Shown piece after piece: positions 12,766-23,861 of a DNA stretch of 64,000 nt. The notes below the pieces were generated by a model. The model searched no databases. It was not told the DNA's origin and worked only from the letters and a program-made list of their open reading frames with translations. Position numbers and translations under genes: made by a program. Origin of the DNA: Dipteris shenzhenensis (Eukaryota). How positions within the stretch are numbered: the first letter of the stretch is position 1; each line of letters opens with the position of its first letter. The stretch lies in assembly GCA_047967505.1 (NCBI GenBank), contig CM106538.1; one strand, 5' to 3'.

Positions 12766-15700
12766 ATGGCAAGATGAATAGAAGAGAGGCTACATTTAGT
12801 ACGTTCTCATAGGAGAAGATTGTTGGATTCAAGGCCCGTTGCGCTTATGCTATGCGAAGAACAAGGTCTAAAATTGGTCTTTAATGCTCCTTCTCTTCAT
12901 GCACTCGGATCCATGGATCATACATGCAGCTTTTTTCAGGCTCAACTGTGGAAACAAGAGATGCGAATGCGTATGCATCAAACAAGCACTGTTGTAAAGT
13001 TGGTCATGTGTCATTGTTGCCGTTAGAAGAACCACCAGAGATTTTGAGAGTTCTACTACATGGACATGATGCTAGAAGCAAACTATTTAAAGTACATTAG
13101 GGCTTATAATAGTGCCATGGCATTTGTTTCATTGGAAGCCCATGTTGATCAAATGTTCCATGGGAATGGGGGTATACAGAACTTTTGGTCCATGGTAGTG
13201 TGTACACCGGGTTGGAAATTTGTTGCCCGATGAGGCTAGGCAAGAGATGCCACGTTTTGCACAATTGTAAGTGCATGACACTGATCATGAACTAGAACAT
13301 TGTTTGCATGGGGGGATGCCTGGCTTGGATCCAGGCATTTTGGAGTTATTGCAGAGGATGATGCACGAGCATAATCCATATGCTAGTGCATTGATGGCTA
13401 TCGGGCAAGTGCTAAGAACAAATCCACATACAAATCTGAGGATGGTTATTTGTGAGAGCCGCTCCACCTCAAGGCAGTACTTGGCTCCTATAGCTAGCGA
13501 GGTTGCTACAATCATGCCAGGACGAGGGGATGACTTCGATATCGAAAATCAAGACATTCAGATTTTTAGCTGCAATGGGTTTGTGCGTAGAAATTCTAAT
13601 TTGCACTGATCATGCATGTCTCTCATGTATGTTCTTTTGTTCCCTTAGGGGGAAGATGGTTGGCATCCATATATTCCATATAGTGATGTTCATAATCACA
13701 CACTATTGCACTAGATACGTGGACAGAGTTGTGTCACCCTGAGACAGTACTACACATATCGTTTGCAAGTGAGATATTATACAAATGCATGTCTTTTGCA
13801 TGGGGGTAGATTGTTGCAGCAATACATGGTTGATGCCTACAGTAGCATGGAAGAGTCCAGGTTGGTGTGGATACGAAACAACCAAGCTTCCCTACATGAT
13901 GAAGTCTATCAAGGGTTGATGGACATGGTAAATACAGCTGATGGGACACGTACTATGCTGGGCAATGCTACAGGGCGTAGGGTGGTGTTGGCTTCTTCTT
14001 TTACGGGAGGGCCTCGGTATATGTGCCAGCTATACCAAGATGCTATGGCAATTGTCAGGAAAAGGGGCAAACCTGATTTATTCATTACATTCACCTGTAA
14101 TCCCAAATGGCCTGAAATATCTGCAGCATTGTTGTCGAGGCAAACTGCACAAGACCGGCCAGATTTGACAGCCCGTGTGTTTTTTCAAAAGCATAAGGAC
14201 GTGATGTAGTAAATTACAAAACATAATTTGTTTGGGAAGGTGGATGCATACGTGAGTGTGATATATTTCAAAAGAGAGGTCTACCACACTCACACATATT
14301 GTTGATATTAGAAGGTGGTTTCAAACCCATGGAGATCGGTCACAATGACCGATTAGTGTGTGCAGAGTTGCCAGATAAGGCAATGTTCCTGGAGTTGTCC
14401 GTGTGGTGCACTAAATCCATCTACAGCTTGCATGGTTGATGGAAAGTGCATTCGTTATCCACATGCATTCTCGCAGACTACTATTGTTGGCAACAATGGC
14501 TATCCAATTTACATGCGTCGTGATGATGGTAGAAAGATACAGGTGAAAGGGGGTGTGATTGATAATCGTTGGATTGTGCCATTTAATCCTTTCCTCTCCG
14601 TGAAGTACAAGGCACACATAAATGTTGAAATATGCTTCACAATCACTGCAGTTAAGTATTTGTATAAATATCTGTACAAAGGTCATGACAAAGCCATCAT
14701 CAGGATGTAGTCACAATACTTGTTTTTTGTGAGCCAACATCTCCTGGACTTTTGTGGGAAAATTTTTTCGTTGAGCTTTCGAATGATTTTTTTCATATAT
14801 TGTAATCAAGTATAGGGAATTTAATTGATCGTCATGCACTAGCGATAAAGAAGGTTGTATTGCACTTGGAGCACATTCTTCAACAATATGGGCGAAGGTT
14901 GGCTGAGTTTGACGTTGACCTTTCTCTACAATTGCTTGCTCTCTTGGTTGCGTGGGTAGGGGCTCATCGCTTTGGCATGTGCATCTTCTGGGATTGCTGC
15001 ATTGCTACTAGCCAATGGACACATGGCACACTCACCATTCAAGATACCGTTGGAGCTGGATGGTACTAGAAGCTACAATATTAAGGTTAATAGTCACCTC
15101 GCAGATGTTTTGAAGATGGCTAGGCTAATAATATGGGATGAGGAACCCATGACTCACCGGTTTGCTTTCGAGGCACTAGACAGAACATTGTGAGATATCA
15201 TGTCCAATGAGCAACTTTTTGGTGAGAAGGTGGTATTGTTGGGGGGGGATTTTAGACAAGTCTTGCCAGTGCTTCCAAAGGCAGGACGAGAGGATATTGT
15301 CAATGCTACCTTATGCTACTCAAGGATTTGGGGTCGCACTACAGTATTGAAGTTGACGCAAAATATGTGAGTCCTTCAGAATGGTGATAATTGTGCCGAG
15401 CAAGAGTTCACGCAATGGGTTTTGGACATTGGCAATGGGATAAATAGATGTACAAAAGAAGATACTATTGTGATTCCATCGCAGATGCTTTTAGAGACAA
15501 AGTCCATGGAAGGCCTCATTGGATGGGTGTATCATGGGCTTGCAATTGTTTTGGACTGTGCACCATACTTTTGAGAGCATGCTATTCTTGCACCTCGAAA
15601 CATTGAGGTTGATGCAATTAATGCTACGGCATTGAAGGCAATGCCCGGTGAGGACAGGGAGTACCTAAGCACAGACTCAATGGACAACTCAAGGGGAGAT

Positions 15701-16259
15701 TCCTTTTTGTTTACAGTTTTTGTTTACAGTCGAGTATCTGAACAGTCTTGATCTTGGTGGTGGATATCCCCCGCATCGATGGGTTTTGAAAAGGAATGCT
15801 CCTATAATTTTGTTGTGCAATTTGAATCCTCGCCAGGGTCTGTGCAATGGGACATGGTTGATATGCAAAGAGTTTCACACGAAAGTGTTAGAAGCTGAAA
15901 TCATTACCGGTACCAATGTTGGTGATAGAACGTTCATTCCAAGGATAACACTCATTCTGACCAACCTTAAACTTCCATTCGACATGAGGAGATGGCAATT
16001 TCCTATCCGATTGGCATTCGGCATGACAATCAATAAGTCACAGGGCCAAACATTGTCTTTTTTGGGACTATACTTGGCGACTCTGGTATTCAATCATGGC
16101 CAGCTATACATGGCATTTTCATGTATCCAAGCATCAAACGCCGTTAAGGTTTTCATCTCAGAGAGTGCATCTAATGCCAGGGGCGAGGAGACGGATAATA
16201 CTTCTACCACAAATGTTCTGTACAAGGAAGTTTTGCAATTGGCAACAACAAGAGCCTAG
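12766..16259 (+). pseudogene. Helitron Rep/PIF1 helicase (RepHel), many stops and frameshifts plus an internal deletion
   Basis: GRLLQQYMVDAY, SSFTGGPRYMCQLYQDAMAIVRKRGKPDLFITFTCNPKWPEI, QKRGLPHSHILL, NVEIC...[60 protein letters not shown]. Confidence 0.95.
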
Positions 16260-18454
16260 GAGTATGACATTGCTCTTTCAAGCCCTCCTCAGACTTTCTT
16301 GGGTGGCAAATCTTCATTTCGGTAATCTTTGTATAGCTTTTTTTAAGTTCTTTCAATATTCTATCCAAGAATTGTCATAGGTCTTTGGGAATGCTGGCTA
16401 TTTATACAAATATGAAGTGAGACATAATATTTCATGATTTTGTCCTTGATGATGTTTGGATTTCATTTTTCATTTGAGTTATGAGTTTGCAATATACTAC
16501 AAGCTATTTTCTCTTCAAAGTCTATTGTTTTTTCCTGTATATGTAGATTGACACGTGCGTTTCTTTTTGCAATGCGATAGGATGTCTTGGCAGTTCACGT
16601 TTGTCACTGAAACAGGAGTGCACATGCAAGGTACATAGTTGCTTGACAACCATGTTTTATGGCAACCTGTTTAATAGTATAGTTGTTCACTTTTAGAAAA
16701 TTGCAGATCCTGTGGGTTGGGGATCTCTAGCGTGCAACTGGAGCTGGAGAGCTACCTTGGGTAAGAATTGTGTACATTGTTTGTTGCTTTATTTCTGTTT
16801 GAGAGAGGTTTTTTGGATTATATATGAGTGGGAAAACATGCTATTGTTTGTCTTTTAGGATTGTTCCTGATTTAAGGTTTGTAATGAATCTCCACGTCCA
16901 CAATCCTTTGGAGGGACGAGTCCACTTGGGATATTACGTTGTCCTGGCTTGCCGGCTTCATAGGGATGATGGACCACAAACCATCAATGTTCGCTAGCTG
17001 GGATACTATGAATGTGTGCGGGCACAAATTTTCTATCAAGGTCAAAATGGGGACTATACGTACACCTTTGTCCGCACTGTTGACAGCCTTTTGCATCTGA
17101 GTAAGTACTCTAACGAATGAGTTGGGTTTTACCAACATACATGTATAAAAGTTTTATGGCTCAATATTTATAGTTCCTAAATTATCTTTTTATGTGATGC
17201 TGGTCAAGATACAATTATTGGTACTCCGCTGTATGTTCATAGCCACCGCGGATGCGATGGATGTGGTGGACGTGGAGTGAATGGACGCCGCAGGCTTTTC
17301 CCTATAGTACATGGCCGCAGACTTGTCCCTTAGGGATGTTTGTGTGTCTATTGTAGATTTTGTATGTTCAGTTATGACTTTGGTTGCGGTTGGACATATC
17401 AATCAGTTCTCTTGCTTCACTTTCGGATGTAATATTTTGAAGGTACTATGTCATAGAGAATTTTTTGGTTAGAGTATGTTGCTTGCATTTAAATGTTTCT
17501 TTTGTTATATTGTTGGTTTAAGACATTTTAGCATCTTGAGACCCGACAGAGCGGGTCGCTAGCCCGTCGTAGATGGGTCAGGTTACTCATGATCTAAAGG
17601 GAATATTCTCCCTACTTCTCACTGTAGGAATGTACAACCCCCAAATAGTGGTAATACTCTAATTGTATGCTATGGAAGTCTCATTCTATAATGTACCTAG
17701 TATTTCTGTTGTGTGGCGCTGTTAACCACTAGCCGTGTAAACAACAAATACATGCTTGTCAACTGGCCAGCCTAGAGAGTCTCGGTCTATGGATACACAT
17801 CTAAAGAAAAGTCCCAGGTCTCCAAATAGCTCTTAACCAATCCAAATCAATTTGTTACAAAATATATGCCCAAAGCTGTATATTTTGGCACAGAGGAGCG
17901 TTACCTCCTTCGAAATAACAGGGAATGGCTAAGGTAGACGGTCGAGCTTAAGAGATAGCCGCTCCGTCATGCCACCACTGTATATATATCTACCCAAAAA
18001 GAAGAAGCCGCATTAGTATAGCTCACAAGCTTGTCTGATGCTGCTAATCTTCAGCCAAGTATGCAGAAGTAGATGCTTATCGTTGACAGCCAACTCTGAG
18101 CTCTTTTCCCATTACTTTCTATAAGTCTTTTACAATGATGATCTCTGAACTTTGGCCTGCAGTGGGCGGTGCTTACTTTGCTCACTAGTGACTACCAAAT
18201 TAGATTGATGGTCTATCGATATCCACGTTAGTCGCTTGCATACCCACTGTGTAGCCACTTGGATATCCATGCTAGTTGCTTGCATTTCCACGTTAGATTG
18301 ATGGCCTTTACAAGGAGTGGAGCTCTACCTCCTGTAATAAAGAGCGGGACAATAGCGACGAGCAAATGTTACGTGATGATAGAAAGCTAGAAGGCACCGT
18401 GCTAGTCATACATATCTCTCTGCCATTTATTCATTGTGTATTCGATAACAATCC

Positions 18455-18720
18455 ATCAAGTACAAGGATATGTTGATTCAGATATGGTAGGTGATAAAGA
18501 TGGAAGAAGAAGCACCACCAGTTATGTTCTCACTGTAGATGGAACAACAGTAAGCGGGGTTTCAAAGTTGCAAAAGGTTGTGGCACTTTCTACAACAGAA
18601 GCAGAATATGTTGCAGTTACAGACGCTAATAAAGAGATGATTTGGTTGCAGAGGTTTATGGAGGAGCTTGGGAAGAAGCAATAAAATTGCAGCTTGTATA
18701 GTGATAGCTAGATTGCTATT
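18455..18720 (+). mobile_element. Copia RNase H fragment
   Basis: GYVDSDMVGDKDGRRSTTSY...SKLQKVVALSTTEAEYVA...EMIWLQRFMEELG. Confidence 0.9.
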
Positions 18721-19146
18721 GGAACCTACTAGGAGGCACTTCCTCCCATTTCTTTGCCCTTCACAAGAGAAAAAACACACTTTAAACTTCCATGATCCAT
18801 GCAATGACATGATATTTTTACTGGAGATACAAAGCAAGTTTTTTATGGAGAAGGAAGAAAAGCTCTTGCTTGTTGCTCCTTGTAAATAGCAAAAAAAAAG
18901 GGAGGGTGTACCTCCTAGCAAGCCGCTATATTGTAGCCTCCTAGGAGGCACTTACTCCCTTTTTTTTTGCTCCTTCAAAGGGAATGGGAAAGAACTTTCA
19001 TTACTTTTTGGCCCTGCAAAGGGTCTTAGGGATAAGTGGATTTTTGGGAGGTGGGTTGGGAAAGTGGGGGTTTGTGAGTAGTCGGTCAAGTTGATCGGGT
19101 TAGTGGGGACTAGGGTTAGGTCTTAGGTTAATGATGTAGTTAGGAA

Positions 19147-19233
19147 TGTTTGACCCAAATAGGAACTAACCCAAGATCTTACTAAATTTGTTTGACCCAA
19201 ATAGGAACTAACCCAAATCTTACTAAATTTGTT
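19147..19233. repeat. Tandem duplication of ~42 bp
   Basis: TGTTTGACCCAAATAGGAACTAACCCAA(G)ATCTTACTAAATT twice. Confidence 0.85.
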
Positions 19234-19299
19234 TTAGTGCAGATGGGGACATATAGGAGTGCACACGGTTGGACCTATAACATATGGAGATACATCAAG

Positions 19300-19731
19300 A
19301 AGAGTTTTGCTATCACTCCTCCAGATCCCACTAGGCACAAAAGGGGTATAGGATGAGGAGGTGTTTCTTTTAGAGCATAGGCTCTAGATCCATGGGAACA
19401 CAGTTGTGGTGATTGAGAGACTCAGACGGCGTTATGCACTCAAATCCCCAAGAGATTCTCGAGATGACCACTGAGTTTTATCGGGACTACTATTCTAGGT
19501 AAAGGAGGAGTCCCCTAGGTGATAGCTACTAGGGAGGCTATTTGGAACCACATCCCGTCAGTGGTGTCAAAGAGCATGCACAGGAAGCTAGAGAATATGT
19601 TTATAGATCAAGAGCTCTCATCGGCTTTGCAAGCACTTCCTTTACAGAAGTTCTTGGAAGAGAATGACTTGATGTCAACTTTATTAATCCCCTTCAATGG
19701 GCTATTAAGAAGATCTTTGACACAGGCTTGC
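19300..19731 (+). mobile_element. L1-type LINE ORF2 fragment (pre-RT region), continuing at ~22021-22095 after the copia insertion
   Basis: REAIWNHIPSVVSKSMHRKLENMFIDQELSSALQALP..K resembles the L1 linker leading to the K.PG.DG motif. Highly decayed. Confidence 0.55.
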
Positions 19732-22020
19732 TGAGAGTGCTCTCAACGGAAGCAAGAACGGAAGAGGGAGAGAGAGAAACAGAGAGCCACACAAGTTTTG
19801 GTGGGTGTAGAACCAGTTGCCTTCCATAGACTTCCGTCTAATCTCCTCGGCCAACAAGCTACCCACAACATCATCAAATTTCAGTACTCCACTAGGTGCA
19901 GAGTTACTGACAGCTGTACGGAAGGTATCCCATGAGGATGGCAATGAACATAAGAGAAATATTGCCTTAGTCTCCGCATCAAAATTCATCTTTTGAGCCT
20001 GAAGCTGGCTGAAAATAATATTGAATTCATTCAAGTGAGAAGCAATGGAGACCCCTTCCTTCATCTGCAGCTCAAACAACCTCTTCATGAGGTAAACTTT
20101 ATTAGAGGCAGTTTCCTTCTCATAAGTGGCACACAGTTTCTTCCACAAATCTTTCGTAGTCTGCTGATTTACTACTGTGAAATAAACTGACTCTGCAAGA
20201 TGAAGTCTAATAGTAGACTTTGCTAATGCATCTAACTCATTCCAATCATCCTCAAACATATTTGCAGGCTTAGCTTCAATCCCTGCCAAGGGTTTAATCT
20301 GCTTCTTTTGAATAAGCACATCCCTTATTTGTTCTTTCCACAAAGAAAAGTTTGTCCCATCAAAGTTTTTAATGCTGAAAAACTCCTTTTCAGACATGGA
20401 AGAGGATGCCATGATGCAAATGAAACAAAATCCCAAATGCTAGTGCCTGCAAGAGAGAATCACACCAAATACCAGGTGCACCCAAATGTATATGCCACAA
20501 TAGACTGAAATATCACCAAAATTCAAAGCTCAAAGCATCAAAAGATGCATCTGACTCATGTGCATATACTATGCATCCATATGAGCAAATCTGGCCCAAA
20601 AGAAAATGCCAATAAGTGCCAAATGACTCAAGCATAAACACTGTCCACTGGCATATGCATCAATAATATCTCATCCAAGAGAGCATAGCACTATCAGTGC
20701 ATCACCTACAATGTGTCAAAGCTGTCCCTCAGCATAAAATAGCATCCATGTGCAAAGCGTCCATAAAAATAGCATCCCATAAGGCAATTTGGGCCTATCA
20801 GTGCATCCAATAAGGACCGCAATGCATCCAAATAGCCTATAAATCATCCACTGCAACCCAATGCATACCACAAATGAGCACACACTGCTCAAACTGCAAC
20901 GAGAGTGATCTGCATAAGATATGCTCAAGAAATCATAGTCCCACGGTAATGACCGCTACTGAAAATAGAACCTGAGATGCCTCAAAACATGGGTGCCATT
21001 GCATAATCGGACTCAGCAAGAAAATCTGCAAATATCTCTCTTCTGCCAGAACTCCAAAATCCCAACCGATGAGTGAGAAATGGGAGTCAACACTTATCCA
21101 CTGCCATGTGGCATAAATCTAAGGTTTCAAAACCTTAGAATGAAAAATGCATAACAGAGAGACGAAATCGAATACACAAAGATCTATAACTCTAAAAATC
21201 CTCCACCGAATCATTCAAGAACTGATAGGTAGGGGTTTTTGGGCGTCCGGAATGCAATGGGACAGACGGTTTTGGAAACCGTGGTCTCAATCACTGGGTC
21301 CAACACATGGACTGAAAAACGTTTTTGGAAACAGAGCTATTTGTAAACTCCACCGGAGTGCAAATGATGAGCAACATAGAAGTTTTAGGACCTCCTGAGT
21401 CCACCGAAACTGACAGATCTGCAAATGGTTGCTCCAAACTTGAGTTCTAACACCCGGGCAAAAAACGCAGAAACTGACACAGTGAGTCAGAAATCTAATG
21501 AAATGATCCCAGATTCAAGAATGAAGGTGTTTCCAAGCTCCTGAAGTGAAGTGGACACCAAAAGCAAGCAATAGTTGCCTCTACAAGTCAATACAGAGTC
21601 TCTGTCATGGAACGGAACGGGGAAAAGCTCAAAAAACGACTTTTTCTTTGAAACTCTTAACAGGCTCTCAAAACCACTTCGCAGAGCCAAAGTGACTTTT
21701 CCAAAGGTTCCTCTAAGGTCTCTGCACACTCGGATGCAAGTAAAGTCACCCACAAAGCTTCCCACAGAGCTTCTCCTTCCTCCCACAGAGCTGCTGAGCT
21801 TCAAGCATTCACGCACACTCAGCTAGATCACCCGGGCTCTGATACTAGTTGAGAGTGCTCTCAACGGAAGTAAGAACGGAAGAGGGAGAGAGAGAAACGG
21901 AGAGCCACACAAGTTTTGGTGGGTGCAGAACCACCCTAATCTTCTTTTTCATTCATTTATATATGTGTTTGAGTATTGTACATAACCGGGGTAAAGGCAC
22001 AGTGACCTTTAACCCCCACA
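19732..22020 (-). mobile_element. Internally deleted copia element (gag only) with a 171-bp 5' LTR and 5-bp TSD CTTGC
   Basis: TSD CTTGC at 19727-19731 and 22021-22025. 5' LTR 21850-22020 (TG..CA), PBS 21836-21847. The partial 3' LTR 19732-19815 is near-identical to 21850-21933. Gag starts at 20412 (MASSSMSEKEFFSIKNFDGTNFSLWK...LLCSLPSSWDTF...LLAEEIRRK) and is fused directly to the partial LTR. Confidence 0.92.
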
Positions 22021-23861
22021 CTTGCTTCCACATTGCTATTTGGACACTCCGAGTAGCTATAGAAGATTTCTTTATAGAGTTCTTTCAAGACACAATGATG
22101 GTTGGCTGCCCATGCCCATAGGGTCATTGTCATGGTTAAGGACATGGATACCCTCAAATGAATGAGGGTGCAATCCAATGTTATGTATGTGTAATGTGTT
22201 ATGACATATGTAATGTGTGCAATCTATGCAATGTTATAAAAAATCAAGATATGTAGTGTAATTCAAATGTAATCAATGTAAAACAAATGAAATACAATGT
22301 AACACAAAGAACATATGCAGATGCAAAACAAATGAGACTGTCTACTTTAAAAAGGCTTTTCTTCTCCTTGTGAAGTGCCAAAAAAAGGGAGGACGTGCCG
22401 GATGCGTGATATTATCGTGCGGCTCACAAAAGTCGCTCGATGCACGCCCTTCGATCAACTCACGAACTGCCGGATGTAAGCCAGACAATCGCCGCCCAGA
22501 GCAATTGCTACTCCTTGACACTTTAGAAAGGGCTTAAGTGGGCATATACTGCCTTGTTTTAAATTGCAAATCTGGCTCATGCCCATGTGTTGGAAACTAC
22601 TCTCATTCTGATCGTCCATCAAGGTCAGCACCTTCAGGGCATGTTTCCCCGCTGCCCAGATGCAAGCATCTCGGATCTTCGCACTTCTTTGGTTCTCACG
22701 AACCGCGATGACCATTGCAGCACTTGGGTGTGAGATGGAGTCCATGGAATTTCGTTGCATCCATTCCGCCACCCAGGTGCGCAGCTCATTGATAGTGATG
22801 GCCAGCCGGTCTTCCTGCTGCTTGCTTCTGCCTCCACTCTCCTACCAATCAAGCTTTAATTGCTCTCCAAACTTCTGCTTGTGGCCTGAATGCCAGGCGC
22901 CAGTCCTACCACCCCCCTCCCACCTGTGCTAGAACTCGCATCGCACCTCATGATCGTGGAAACAGGTATGGAGCATCATTTTGATCACCGGCAGAATGAA
23001 GACGTGTCGCTTTCAGCAGGATAGTCCAACGTGCTCCCGGCTGACTGGCTTGAAAGCCATAGGCTGGGCCCCCCGGCCCAGTCTACGGGACTCGGGAGGC
23101 TCCCGGCTACGGTAGGTAGTTTCTAGGCCTCCCTCCCTCGGGCCTTTCCTTCCAACCAATTCTGACATGAGGGTTTCGCTTCTTTCATTCGAATTAACAA
23201 GAACCATGCATAGCCTTGAACATGAAAGCATTAGGGGATGGGGCACACAGCCACGTGAAACACGGGGGAAAAGGCATTGTAAAGCAGGCGGAGAAAGGCA
23301 GGAAGGGAGGAGATGGTAGGAGATCAGAGCAGGTGATGAAGAGAGACGACGAGAGGTGCTTCACATAGTGCTTTCCTATATGGGCTCCTCTCTTTTTGCA
23401 GTGCCCGTCATCTGCAAGTCTCTGTTCGTTGCTGTTCTATCGGATTGCATGGCATTTTTCAGATTCAACCACAGAAAGCTGTCCCACGTGAAGCTGCCAG
23501 AAATCTTACTTACCTTGGATCTTTGTCAAATGCTTGTAGATATGAACTTAGAACGGCTTTGGCTCCTGGATTCTTCGCAGCGGCAGGACCCTCGGTCCCG
23601 AAGCACATTAGCGTCTTTTAGCACACTGACAAGAAAAGAACCAACTGTACCTGTTGCTGGAAGCTTCTCATCATGCAGTGTTAAAATTCTCAGGCTAGCG
23701 TTTATCCTTGTAGACCTATTCTGTTTTCTAACTGCCCGGACTTCAGACACAAAAGCGCACTACAATCGACAAGAGATGCAAACCTCACTTCGTCAAATCA
23801 GAGCTAGACACGGTCCAGGCTACTCTGGTTGTGGTTTCACGCTGTATGATATATTCCTTCA

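Larger units (their letters stand above)
6923..17589 (+). mobile_element. Decayed Helitron (putative extent)
   Basis: Contains a RepHel pseudogene. The 3' GC-rich hairpins at 17540-17557 and 17563-17577 are followed by CTCA|T (degenerate CTRR). The candidate 5' end A|TCTATATAATAAAGC at 6923 is inferred. Confidence 0.6.

Noticed and set aside
17590-18433. Solo LTR (TG...CA with a TATA-like run)
   Set aside because: No matching TSD and no second copy in the window. Plausible but unsupported.
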